A stretch of 64,000 bases of DNA from Azolla caroliniana (GCA_043228905.1 JBHGNT010000018.1:17360001-17424000), one strand, 5' to 3'; positions 40,809 through 54,856 are shown, numbered from the stretch's first letter. The notes: generated by a model not told the origin, from the sequence alone. Made by a program: numbers and translations.

Positions 40809-42760
40809 CAAAGAAGTAGACAATGTCACTGTATTATTCTTAAAGTTACTACAAAATGATGGCACTCACATCATCATCATGACGTGAGGAATGTGTTTCT
40901 TTTGTTTGTTGGAATTGGAACATAGTATGTGTTTCCTTTGTTCCATTTGAATTGGTGTGTAGGGTGGGATTGAGATTGTAGGGTGCCATTGGAGGCCAAT
41001 TGCGATGGGCCAAGGACAAGGAGTGTCGACAAAATGTTGAAGGTGCTCAACTGTTCCCCTAGATGAAGGAAAGGGTTGATGTGGCCTTCTAATGGTAAAA
41101 GGAAAATCAACACATGTGGTGGCTGTAGAAGTTGTCGGGGTGGAGTAAACGAGACCCCTTCCATTGTTGATCTTTTGTCTTGCTTAGTGTCTACTTATAC
41201 AAGCCAAGGGCTCTTTCACTATGTCACCTATGGTGGGTTTTTATTCAATCTCCATCCCAAGTTTCTACGAGGAAATGGACAAGAGGAGGTAAGAATACAC
41301 ACATCTTTATCATTCCTTTTGCCTTGTGGTGGGTGGTCGGTCCATCAAGTTTGTCAAGGATTCGTTACGAATGGCAATCTTTGAAGAATGATGCATTTCA
41401 TACTAACGATTTCCCAATAGACTTTGTCATATTTCGCTACCGTGCATACATTAAGAGTGTTCCATAATATTTAGCTCCCGAGAAGGGTTCTATACTTTGT
41501 AGGTAGTAGTGGTGGTGTTTTTTTTCTTTCATAATAGAAGCCAAATCTATACTTTAGAGTAAGTTAGTTACGGAAAGGGGGAGAGAGAAATGGAGGGGTT
41601 TTTTCTTTCATTAATACTTTAGGTTCATGCTTCTAAGTTCTTCTCCAGCTGCTTATTCTTCTTCTTCTTCTTCTTCTTCTTCACCTCTCTCTGACGAAAC
41701 CCTACAGAAACCCTACAAGGCTACCTGTAATTTGTCGAAACTGCCTCCTCTAAACCTAATCCTAAACTTAGAAAGCAGAATTCGACGCATCACAGCAGAC
41801 ACTCACTCATGCTACCGTTGCAGCAGATGGAACGACTTGCTACATGCAGCACAAGATGTCTCTGCTTTCGTAGGATACATGTCCGAAATGATGGGAGTCC
41901 AGCTAGAATCGATGGCGACACTGTTCAGGAAGATGGTAACGAAGCAGACGCCGTAAGGAAAGATTCATCAGGAGAAGCCTTTCTCATTGAACCTTCGATG
42001 TCTTTTGTTTCTCCCTTCTTTTCAGGTCCCTGTGAATCACTCATCTTCCTATAACTTGGCATTTTTTCGATTGGATCAGAAACTATGAGTTACACAAATT
42101 CTCCTTTTCCCTCCCTTCGTTATCTGTACAGATAGAAAGAGAACGAGAGGGGAATATCCGTTTGTGTTTTGCCACAAGTTGAAAAATTGAGTTTGGGAAA
42201 TATCTTCATATTCAGGTGATATTTTTTTTTGGATTTTTGGACAAAAGGTCATTCCGATTTATCCATTCAGAGACATTTTAGGGATTTCCATTTTGCTTTC
42301 ATTGATTTTCGGATGAAATTTCTTTGGAAAAATCTATTTGATTCTTTCCTCATCCTTTTTTGTGGAGTTTTGGATGACGCATAAAAGGTAGGTTTTGTTT
42401 TTCATTGACGATTGAGGAAACTTGTTGGAGATAATTAATTATTATTTTTCTTTGGTTAATGTTCATGCCATGCTCTCAATCAACATTTGGACCAGCCATC
42501 CCTTTGAATTGTATTGTGGAACTCCATTTTTCTTTCATATGAAAAACTAGAGAAATTCCTGTGGGAAAAATCTCTTTTGACTTGTTTTTGAGTGTTCATG
42601 CATGCCATTATGTTTATGGAAGTTCATCCTTTCGAGACATCCAAATGGAAAGGATTCTCGTTTTACTATTCATTGTAAATTGGGATATTAGTGTGGGTCT
42701 TCCTTTTCTGAATAATACATGGATTTTTGAAGTAGTATTGAATGCCAAGAATAGTATGTG
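38800..42760 (+). repeat. Tandem duplication: 38800-40415 matches 40415-42760 minus ~41308-42018
   Basis: Near-identical ORFs 39242/40877, 39441/41076 and 40215/42561. Confidence 0.88.
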
Positions 42761-43184
42761 TTATGCCTTGTGTTTTTCGTGGTTTGTATAGACCAAGAAG
42801 TTTGATATCCAAAAGGCAACAAGAAAACATTTTCTTTTTGTCTAGCATTTCTGGAGTTGAGGTAGCTTTTGTTGCTACTCCAGAAGTTTTCAGATTATTT
42901 CACCATATCGTTTATGCGTCCAATCTGTTGAACATGGAAAACCACAAGCTGCTGCTTTTGTGCTCAAAGGATTGCAAGTTCCTGGCCTGAGAGAGAGAGC
43001 GAAGGAGTCAATTGCATGTCTATATTTTATTAATGGGTTAAAGGTAGGTTATTGACCACGTTTTTGGACTTTGCTAATTTCATCTAAATGTAATTTGCAG
43101 ATAAAGTGTGCTCCCGTGAATGGTTGTCATATTTGTGGTAATATGTTCCTATATGAGTGTTGCCAAATACAAAGACATATGAGT

Positions 43185-43950
43185 GTTGCTGGTTCCGCTC
43201 TTTCAGCGGAGAATTGAGTGGCATAAAGCACACTTTACAACCGAAGCAAGGCTGAACCACAACTGAGTCTTTGTTTTGTCGTTAAAATACAGGAACTCTA
43301 CATTGACATTAGAAGCGCAGAGAGGGCATGGTGGAAATGTCCAAAGGCCTATCTTGAAGGTATCCAGAACCTTGAATTGGGTACTGGTCATTGGTGTGGT
43401 CAGCCTCTTTTTTAACCCGCCTTCAGCATTTAGGAGGATCGCATCCAACTTTGCCTTTATCACCTCAATGATCGTCGTGCCATTTGTCTGCTGTTGCAGC
43501 TCTTGTAGAACCTTGAAGGCAGCGTTGGATGCGATCCTCTTAAATGCTGAAGGCGGGTTAAAAAAGAGGCAGAGCACAGCAATGACGACTATCCAATTCA
43601 AGGCTCTAGACACCTTCTTCAAGATGGGCCTTCCGACATCACTACCATGCCCTCTCTACGCATCTAATGTCAATGTAGAATTCCAATAAGTGTCAGTTGG
43701 TTCAGCCCCACTTTGGGTTGCACAGTGTGTTTATGCCACTCCATTATCTGCAGAAAGAGTGGAATTAGCAACAGCAGGAGGAGCATGTGAATAAGATGAA
43801 GAAGCTGGAGTTTACACTTCATGGAAAGGGATTGGAAGTGCTGGCTGGTGCCTATAGGAGCCTCAGTGTGGCTGCAACGTTTCTGGTCAATGCCACGAGT
43901 CATTGAAGTTCTGGAGGCGAACAGATTTATTCTGTGCAGCAGCTGTTGCA
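43185..43950 (+). pseudogene. Copy D: inverted duplication of the Dof-like exon (fold-back, arms 43185-43458 and 43514-43772)
   Basis: The same peptide LDAILLNAEGGLKKR...CPL(C/Y)ASNVNVEF is encoded on both strands; both arms are disabled. Confidence 0.88.
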
Positions 43951-46283
43951 TGTCAGCAAGAAGAAGACCACATTGCTCTAATTAAAATTACAGTGATTAG
44001 GGTTATCAGTACTCTTCAAAGAAAAAATCTTGTAACTCAGATTGCCAGTTATGGAGTTATTATTATTATTATCATTATAGGTTTCTTGGATCACACACAG
44101 TGGTGACGTGACCATTGTGAGTCCTCTCAGATATGATAGAGCTCTCCTCGGATCAAGAAAGATGGATTGTAGAACCAAATGAAGATGGGCAACAACTCAT
44201 TCATGGATACGTAATGGTGGACATGGAAGTGAAATGTCACTGTAAACCAATATATCCATAATCCAAGCATTCATGGTTAGTTCCACAAATGGCATATGTA
44301 ACAAGTGCGGTTGGAATCATTCACTATTTTAAAGACTAGATGTTAGATTTTCCTTCAGCCTTTCAATTATAAGTCACAATATCATATTTTTGTGACAGCT
44401 TCAAAACTAGGTACTAGGTTTTAGTAGTAGAGCATATGTTATTGTTTAAACCCCTCTCAAGGGGTGGTAGAAATAAAGGACCTTTGACCTCTCCCACATG
44501 AACTTGAATCCATAATAGCATTGCACACAATTTGTGCAAGTTTGGGTTCCCAAAAATTGTTAGTTCCCTATTGGGTAACGAGGTAAATGATGGATGGCAT
44601 AATAGTACCTCAAAGCACATCCCCTCCATAGAGTGTGGTCAACACCAGCCATATCAAGGAAAACATAGTTTTGTTCGTAGGACATCAAACGAAGGATATA
44701 GGCATGTTGTCCCTAGTTCTGAAGCATATGAATGAATGTTGTGGAGGTGAATACTTTGTTGTTGGTTGACAAGTAGAAGAGAAGCAATAATCGGTTGGCC
44801 TCTCTTTGGGCATGACACAACATTTGAAGCTTTGCACTAGGGATGAAAGCACAACGCCGAACCTATAGGTGCATGGTCCTAAGCATAGGTTTGAGATAGT
44901 ACTAATCTTCGCCTCGCACTTTGTGAACTTTTTCTCTTGTTTACTTCGCTTCCTCCTAAAACTTGCCCATGAGCTAAAGTGGGAAGGATAAATTTACGTT
45001 TTTGGCAATAGCTCCCTCCCACTCACCAACATACTTAACTTATCCTTTTGGAAAAGAACATCAAGTTAGGGTCTCATGAGTTGAAGTGGTGCATAATATT
45101 TGGTTGGACATGGTCCATACTCTATTGGTTTATTACTCAATGTGTCCACTTTTTGACTTTCTTGGAAAATACTCTACTTTTGTCTTGAAAAGCTGGTCTC
45201 CCTTTTTCACATTTTTAGTTGCCAAGATGGTTGTACGCTTCGTGATAACCCATATGCATACGTCCACATCCACATCCATATCCACACACACACACACACA
45301 TCCACATACTAATACTCATGCACATACACATACGTCTATACACACATACACACACATATAACATAGAAATACACAATTAATTATACATGCTCATTCACAA
45401 GTATACATGAGGGTAGACATACTTCTATATAAATGTATCCACACATACTCCCTAACACACTAAAAAATACAATTACACTAATAGACACATTTTTATGCAA
45501 ACATATATATTGTGGTGTACGTTTTGAGCAAGCGCATGCCGTCATGTTGTGGTGTACCTTTGTTCCTTTGTGCCACCCGTTTAGCATGCATGTAGCCAAA
45601 CCAACCCAAATGGGTATCAACTTATCAACTATAAATTGAGTAAGAAGTAAGAAGCAAGGCAAGCTTGTTTGGATTCTCTCTATGTGCTTTTCACAATATG
45701 CACTTGTATGTGTAAATACAAAATTTATTCATTACATGCACATATTCACTACATAGCATTGAAACCTAGTTAGTACACCATACAAGCTCACATGGCTCAC
45801 ATATAATCTAATGCACATATATTATCGATCTGAACCGCATTATTGGTGAAGGCACAAGCTACAAATGAATCTCTCAAACACGATGAAAGCACCTAGACAT
45901 GCATCACATCACTTAAAAAAGGAGAGAGGTCATCAAATAAACCAACAAGTCTGGACATGTGGGCACGTTGGATTGCATTAGGTTGCATATTCCACGACAT
46001 AGAATAGTTTTATCAACAATAACATTTGATCAATCAAAGTGTAGACTACACAATAATAGTGCAAGTCCATGAGTTTGTATATTTGGCTACCGGATAATAG
46101 GATTGACAATGAAGATAGGATAGAAGGACCATATAATTGTTGCATAAACCAACTTCCATCACTTCATGGATATTGATAGGCCCAAGAAACCCATCCCACT
46201 CCATGGTCACGATGAATAAATGCATAGTGTAAGTGACATATTGTATCTAGGATGAAGATTTTAAAGGAAGATTGGATCAATGT

Positions 46284-49200
46284 TGTTATAGACTAGACTG
46301 ATAAAAGACTATTAAGCAAGATCAAAGAGCGATTAGATGTTAATCCAGATCCCTAATCGCATATCAATATAATCTCAAGATAGAGCTCATTGGCTATGAT
46401 GAATGCCTAGTGCAGATGCACTTAATAGGTTATCTTCTATATTGTCAGACAATAAGCCCTCAAGATGCCAAAATGATTAAGATACATGAATTTATGACCC
46501 AAAAGATGATGGGATACATGCTTACTATTTACATCATTACATGCATGAGATAGGTATAACATGACTCATTACATGCATGAGTTCATAATACTCCCCCTCA
46601 TCTCATCATCATTGTTTTAGCTCATCGGCTCTGATAATCTTTTGAGTCCAAGAGAAGGAATGTTCAGCCATTGTTTTGATGCAGGTAAGCTTTTGGTAAA
46701 AATATCCGCGAAGTTCTTGCTTGATGTAATAGGTTGAATGTTGATATAATTATCATTGAGCTCACGAGTAAAGAAAAACTTGAGAGAAATATGTTTGATT
46801 CAATCACCTTTAATGAAGCCCTTCTTGAATTGATTAATGCAAGCATAACTATCTTCATAGATAATTGTTGGTAATGGGGGCCGATAAACCGCAAGAACTT
46901 CCATTATGTCTGATTAAGCATTGTAACAATAGGCATTCTCAACTTGCTTCATGTAATGCCAATATCTCAACATGATTTGAAGGTGTTGCAGCGAATGTTT
47001 GCTTTGTTGATCTCCAAGAGATCGTTGTACCACCAACAAGGAGAACATAACCTATTTGTGATTTGCCAACATGAGAGTCAGATAAGTACCCATTGTTAGA
47101 ATAACCGGTCAATTGACTGTGCATAGAACCATTGGTAAAGAAAAGACCCATATCTTCAGTGCCTTGTAAATATTAGAAAATCAGCTTAATTCCAGTCTAG
47201 TGTCACTTGGTAGGATCGTGACTATACTGAGCCAGCAAATTGACAACGAATGAAATGTCCGGACGCGTACAATTAGCCAAGTACATAAGTGCGCCAACAA
47301 CAACCATTTAAGGGTACTGTGGTCCAAATGCTGACTCGTCAAAAGATCTTGGCTAAAATGGGTTACGAGAAGGGTCCAAAGAGCAAACTACCATAGGAGT
47401 TCTAGTAGAATGAGCTTGATCAATAGAAAACCGTTTTAATATTTTATGGATATAAGAGATCTTATAAGCAAAATGTGGTTAAACCGAGGTCTTTCATTTC
47501 AAATTGTTGTACTTCATCCAAATGTTGTACTTCTGGCTTCGGGGTATAGGCTTCAGTGGTCAACTTTGACAGTGTAGGAAGCGTCAAAGCCTTGTGTATC
47601 GAATTCCCGTTGAAAACACAAGGTTTTCTACTAAACAAACGAACATGGATATCGATAAAAAAAAGCTAATAAATTGCACCTATGTGGGCAATTTTAGGGT
47701 TTATCAACCTAATTATTGCCTATAGTTAAATAATTGGTTTCTTTATCATGCTACTACTAAAATATTTATTCTATTTTAGTGAACCTCGCCAAAAAGTCCC
47801 CGCCTTCAATCTTAAGATCATGTCTCCTGCGAAAAGGGGTTATGATGGCTATCAACAAAGCAAATCCCATAGGCTATTTTTCGAGTTTGGTTTACGTCGA
47901 GGAAGATGGAGTATTATTCCTAATATTTGCAAAGTCCGAAGGAAAGGGAAAAATGGATTTAGTCAAGAGCTTCACATACGGTAGACTTCGGAATGTTGAG
48001 TACGAAGATAATGACTCACCTAATCTCGTCCTTGATGTAGAAAGCTTGAATGGGACTAGACGGGTACTCATTGATGAAGGCAACCTGGTGGCTGAGTGTC
48101 AAAAACCAAAAAGACTAATCAACCACCTAATTGAGTTGTTTTCAAACCCAAATGATTGGGTTTTAGATTTGTTTTCCGGCACAGGTATATAATATAAAAC
48201 TTGTCGCATCAATTTAGATTAATGTATAGTCTATTCTTTAGTTTGATGTTACATGTGCAATTTCATTCTACTGTCAGGTACTACTACAACATGCACCTTA
48301 AAGATGTTCAAGAACTCTGTTGCATTGGAGAAGGACCCTTGATAATGTTAATTTCATCAAAATGAGGATCCAAGGTATCCTAGGACTGTCCAGATCAAGA
48401 CCAAGATGTTGGGGCAAAGAATATCAATGAAACTAAGATGTTCCAGATGACTTCTAGAGAACCTATGGAACCTGTAGTTGAAGAAGCAGGGGACCTTGTT
48501 GAATTAGAAGACGTGTTAGAGTTTGAACACACTAATGATTCTATTGAGCGTACCGACGAAGCCAATGAGGACAATCTTGATGAAGGAGCTAATGCGGAAG
48601 AGCCGGCTTTACCAAACCTATTATTGGATTGAATGCATATGGCTTATTGTAAAATTTGAACAATATGAATTGTTAAATTTTGATGTAATATATAAGTTGA
48701 GCTTATTTATAATTTTCGTGTAACATGCATTGAACTTAGAGATTAAGTATAATTTGTATGTGTACTTGTTGTTTGAAGTCTCCTTTATTATTTGGGGTTT
48801 ATATGAGATAAAATTATACTCTATCATTTGCTCGTATGATTGGAATACTATTGTAGACTGGTTTATTTCTACATTGACGGTGTCATGTATCACGTGTCAA
48901 GGGAATTTTTCTCTCAACATAGTAGTATCTCTTAATTGTCATGTTCACAATTTGCTTTTTAAGAAATATTTTATATAAATATACACACATAATTAAAAGA
49001 AGTCACTTATTCAGTGGGGTATGCTTTTTAGAATATGCACAATGACATGTGTTACTATTATACTTGCGTTGACATCTATACCTTATCTAAGTTTTGGACA
49101 AAAACATGGTAGATAGAATATACGTCAGATGATTTTGTTGTCGTGATATTAGTTAGTTCTATTTTTCGCTATGTTTTCATAAACCACATACGCATGCATC

Positions 49201-50498
49201 GTGCCTTTTTGAAATTCTGCTTAAATAGGGCATTTTTTAACATCTCACTAAGATATGAAAAAGAGAATGTGACATATTACCTATTTCAAATGACCCGGTG
49301 TTTACCATATTAGCCTTCGATTTCCTATCTTGACCTTGCTTGCCATACTTCTGATAAAGATCAACATGAAACTTAGAAGTTTGGCAAGTATTTGCCTAAT
49401 ACCCTCGTAGACCACATCAAAGACATGAATTGGATGAAGCATTATCTTGACTTGACTTTGATTGATGGTACATTAGCTTGACTTGATTACTTTTGGGATA
49501 TTGATTCCTATTGTTCGTCTTCCTCGAATTTGTGCATATGGGTGTTGATGACGATGTTGTCGTCTAGAATAATTAATCTCGACATGCGTCAAATCCTTAA
49601 ATTGTAGAGGAGCCACAAGTTGGCTAATTGGATGAAGTTTATTATTCTTGAGGAACACTTGGTGGTGTTTCTTAGCGACAAGAAGTTCAGATAAAAGTTC
49701 AACATAGGTTTTAAAACCACGATTACGATATTGTTCGGAAAGATTAAAATTTGAGGGATGAAAACTAGTTAACGTTTTGTTGATTAGATTTGCCTCTTGA
49801 ACAAGGTTGTCATGACCACAAAATTTAAGTTTAGAAACGATACCAAATAGTGAGGAATTATATTCAACAACTGACTTGAAATCTTGAAAATGAAGTTGAT
49901 TCCATTCATGTAAAGTGTTGGGGCGGAGAACAGTTCATTGATGATCAAAGCGGTCAAGTTTGATTTGCTTTCGGAGAGTTGATGGATTCTTGATGGAGAA
50001 GTATTGATTCTGAAGGCTTAGATCAAGGTGATGAAGGATCAAGATGAATGCTTCCGCTCCCTTCTTCCTAGCATTTTAGTTCTCAACATCATTAAAATTA
50101 TCACTTACGTTATGAAGGAGATCTTTCGTCGTGAGATGGCCTTCAACATGAACCATCCAAGTCATATAATTGGACCCATCGAACGCAAATGGCGAGAATA
50201 AGCATTTCTCTATTTGAAGAGCTTGAGAAGCTATACTAATGGTAACAATAAGGTAGATTTGTCTAAGAGAATAATTAATTGCAATGGTAGACGTTGATCG
50301 TGCTAATAACGTGTTATAGAATAGACTGATTATAGACTATTACGCAAGATCAAAGAGCGATTAGATATTAATCCAGATCACTAATCGCATATCAATATAA
50401 TTTCAAGATATAAGCTCATAGGCTGCATACTATTGACATCACGACTAAGATAGGTATAAGTTTATAACATAAATCATTACATGCATGAGTTCATAACA
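46284..50498 (-). mobile_element. Degenerate copia, probably Bianca lineage, with a foreign internal insert
   Basis: LTRs ~46284-46590 and 50313-50498; imperfect TSD AATGT/AATGC; PPT AGGGGGAG; PBS-like CGTTATTAGCACGA; gag LHFQDFKSVVEYNSSLF; RNase H ATPSNHVEILALHEAS. Confidence 0.8.
47780..48632 (+). pseudogene. Fragment of a beta-class DNA N4-cytosine/N6-adenine methyltransferase-like gene with a spliceosomal intron
   Basis: CQKPKRLINHLIELFSNPNDWVLDLFSGT, then intron 48185-48277, then GTTTTCTLKMFKNSVALEKDP, a frameshift, VNFIKMRI and an acidic tail. Confidence 0.72.
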
Positions 50499-52135
50499 AA
50501 TGCAATAAATCAATATGCTAACATGATTCCACTCCTCCTCATTGATAGCCCGATGTGATCTAACCATCTCTCAAAACAAACTTGGAGAATGACACAATGT
50601 GTGAATTTACTAGTATGTTAGGCCATGGCCATATTCCCATCCATGGACATTCCTTTATGTCCGTGAATGAAACTCGCGGCATGTGGGCATCAACCCATGC
50701 ATGACCATCGTGTTTATGCTAGCTAATGCATGGCCATGATATCTCATGCATGGCATGGAATCCCATCAACCCACGCATGACCATCATGTTCCATGCATGC
50801 GTGACCATGATATCTCATGCATGCCATGTAATCCCATCATCTCATCTCTAGTTAATATGTAATTACACAAACAAAACACAATTCATAATTTGATTCCACT
50901 TCATTTATTTATTCATTTAATGACTTGAACGTACGAAAAGCCTGCGCAAGAAGAAGAAGAAGAAGCTCATCATCTTCTTTCTGCTTCTCCCATTTAGAAA
51001 CAGCTTTTCTCCATCTCCATCTCCATCTCTGGCTGGTTTCACATACATATATTATCACAGTCATCTTGTCATGAATATCTTTTCAGTCTCAAGCATTGAT
51101 TGCTTCCACTCTCAAGCATAAAAAATGTGTACATGAGCCATGACACACATAAAAACAAGCTTGCCTTCACCACTTGACTTACGCCTGCAGAGAACGTCTT
51201 CAGTCTAAATGCTAGTATTACCCCCTTCCTAAAACAAAGCATTGCCAAGGCACATGATGGCTTCCGTTGAGAAGAAAGCCACAATCACATTCCCATCAAC
51301 GAAGCCCAAGAATGCACAGAAATCAAATCTATATAATGCTTTTGCTGATATCAAATCGAATGCTGTAGGTAAATCGGGGTGATTTATCGTTCATTGGATA
51401 ATGTAGGCGGGATGGTTTACACTTTGATGGTACAATGAATGGACAAAAACTCAGTTTTTGCGTTTATAAAGCTTTTTGTCAAGTGGCATGTGTATGATAT
51501 GGTATGCACTATTTCAGGTGGTATGAGTATTGATCAACTCAATGTAATAATATGCTTGTTTGTTAGCTACTTTAGTAATTAGGCTTCTAAACACACAATG
51601 CAAGGGAAACCCCAACAAAAACCCTAAATTCTTGGTCTGTCTTGTTTTCTCTCATTGAACCATTGATGTTTTTGTGAATCCTTTCTCTTTTCAGGTTCCT
51701 TTGCTGTACTCATCTTCTTACAACATCGCTTTCCTTGGCTTGGATCAAAATCTGTAAGTTAAAAATAAATTCTACTTTCCTCTCTCTAGTCTTTCTGTCT
51801 CGGTAAAAAGTTGGAGATAGTGTAGAGAGATTTGAAGAAAAGAAGTAAACAGGGAAAGAAAGAGAATGAGACGGCCACTTGTCCTAATTCTCATTTAATC
51901 ATGTTTTTGTCAATGTTGGTGCCATGCTTCCATTGACATTTGGATCATTCCCCCCCCCCCTTTGAATCGTATTATGGAACTCCAATTTTTCTCCCATATC
52001 AAAAACTAGGGAAATTTTTGCGGGGAAATATCTCTTTTGGCTTGTTTCTTAGTGTCATGCCATTCTGTTTATGGATCTGATTTCTTGCGAGGAAACAGAT
52101 GCCAGAAGGATAAGCATATTGTGGAACCTAATTAC

Positions 52136-53792
52136 TGTTGCCACGGAAGATGATTTCCTTGAGGTACCATCTTATGTATCACCTCCACTATTTAGTGTCC
52201 CATAAATTAAGATGTTAGGAGGATCTCTATTAATCACTAACACAATGATTGTATTCAATTCTATAGAATGCTCAAACCATTATAGCCATTCCACACTATA
52301 TGATAAAGTGGCATGTCTCTACCGTTTTAGCATGGAGAGGCTCGTCGCTAAAGGAATTGGCAAGGTTCCTGAGGTTAAACAGCTCGACATGGACAAGGCA
52401 AAGCTAATGTATGTGCTACTTTTCTGATTAAAATGGGGATTTTTGAAGTTCCATCAAAGGCAAACATTATATGTTACCTGGCATTTGTAGAACTAAGCAT
52501 GAATGCTTGGATTAAGGATATATTGGCGAATGATCGAAGGGAGAGAGTCTGTGTCATATCTGTGAGGACTTACAATGGTGACTTCACCACTGAGTGTGTG
52601 ATCCAAGAAACCTATAATGATAATAATAGTAATAACTCCACAACTGGCAATCTGCGTTATATGATTTTTTCTTGTGGAGTACCGAAAACCCTAATAACTA
52701 TAATTATAATCAGAGCAATGTGACCTTCTTCTTGTTGAAAGTGTTCTCTGATCTGCACTTGGTCATTCTAGGTAAGAAGAAGACAAAGCAATGAACGTAT
52801 GATTCGAGTTGAATCGATATTGGCGTACATTGTAAAAAGGCATGATCCACTAAATTCGCTTCATTTGATTTCATTTCTTTAAACACATCGGAAGTACTCA
52901 GGAACCTGTTTTGCATAACTAGAAAAGAATGGCACAGAACAACATCTCCTCGGCTTTTGCATCAACAGCTTTACAAAGCCATTCAATCTTTGTAGCAGTG
53001 TCTCCAACCCTTGCACATGAGATAAGGAAATGAATGTGAAGAAGAGCAGCAAATTACAAGAACAAGAATCCCCACCCTTTGAGGTGAAGAATGCATATGA
53101 TCACCAGAAGTCGAGACAGTTGATTCGATGCGACTGTACCGCTCTGAGCTGAAAGTTAGGGTTTTCCGAGTTCAAATTGATTTAAATGCAACCAAAGAAT
53201 AATGGCATTAGAGCAATAACAGTGTTGATCCTTTAATGATTACAGTACTAGTCATTCGTGTTTCAAAAATGAAATACACAAAGCACACAAAATGATGACT
53301 TGAAATCATCCTGAAAGGTATGGATTTTTTAGTAACAACATATATCAGAAGCCATATGAGCTACCTCTAGTTCATAAATGTTACACAGAAAGAGCATGTT
53401 TTCTTGTGGTCTACTGGATATCAAAGTTCGTGGTTCATAGAAACCAGCAAGTTATAAAACCTACCATTGTTCATGGAACTTCAAAAATCCACCTTCTGTT
53501 CAGAAAAATAAGACACATACAATGACCTTCCGTTGTCCATGTAAAGGTGCCTAACGTCAGAAACCTTGCGTATTCCTGTAGCCACAAGACTGTCCATGCT
53601 AAGATACTAGGAACATGCCATTTTACCATATAACGTGGAAGGGATTCTATGGGATTCAATAGAATCATTGGTTTCATTTAGATAATTTGTTAATTACATC
53701 AAGATTTGGAGAGATCCTCCTAACAGCTTATAAAGACACTAAACTGCAGGTTATAAGGTGATACTACAAGGAGATCATTTTCCGTGGCAACA
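52136..53792. repeat. Diverged inverted repeat upstream of copy C (arms ~52136-52400 and ~53545-53792)
   Basis: TGTTGCCACGGAAGATGATTTCCTTG has its reverse complement at ~53767-53792, with further collinear matches. Confidence 0.7.
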
Positions 53793-54856
53793 TCAGGCTC
53801 ATCAGAAACTCAGGGAAATGTGTCCTGGCATCCTTATATGTCTTCATTCTTCCTAGAACGTTCAGCAGATCTGAAGTGTGTCCTTTCTGCATAACATTTA
53901 TGAAAAACGAGTGACTATGATTGTAAACGTCAATGTTAATACGTAACTCAAATGACTATCTTCTTTGTTGCATTTAAAATCTGTCCTACTCAGAAAACCC
54001 TAACCTTCAAGCATTTGTACGCAATGAGAGAGAGAGAGAGAGAGAGAGCCATGGTGTAAATCACATGTCTATATTTCGTTAAGGATTTAGAAGGAGGTTA
54101 TTGACCATCTCTGCTGGTAATACTTGGGTACATTCTGTTTGTCCTCCTGTTTGGTTTAGGTTGTGAGATCATGTCTTTACCGTATGTCTATTGAATATGT
54201 CTATTGCGTGAAACCCCTTTAATAATTGATGGAAAAGAGTGACCTGACTGTTTGAATGATTAGTGAAATAGAACAATATTAGAATCTACATCAAGCGATG
54301 ATTAATTGATTAAATGTGGATGATTAGGGGTTTTGACAAGTTCTGGTATTTGTAAATGTGGATGAATGAGATGTAAGAAAACGAGAAAGAGAATGTTCTA
54401 CTAAAAAAAAGAGAAAAAAAATGGAAAATAAGAAAACGAGTGCATCCCAGCCGTTGATAAAACAAAACATTTCTAGAAAAATAAAAGGACGGCATCCAGC
54501 CCATCGGAGCCGTGCGCCGTCGGATGGACGTCAGGATCCGACAACCCACGATTGCGTACACAAAACGCGAAACTGTCTTCTGCCCTTTTTCCGACAGAAG
54601 AACAGTAGAGACAAAGCATTTCGAACACACACAGAAAGAGAAAGAAGAGAGCCTTTGAACACCATCGCCACCCCTTCATCGAGACGGCCTGAACAGCAGT
54701 TGCCTTGCAGAGTAAGGAGGAACCCACATTCTAAATATATGGAAATGACAAAATTACCTGCAGAATCGTATCAGACTTGTCAATCGTATACTAGTTAGTA
54801 GGGTAGGACATTACCTGCAGAATCGTATCTGATCAATTGTCGATCGTTCTAATAGG

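Noticed and set aside
44200-45240. Possible Ty3/gypsy remnant
   Set aside because: Too degenerate; no diagnostic motif could be read with confidence.
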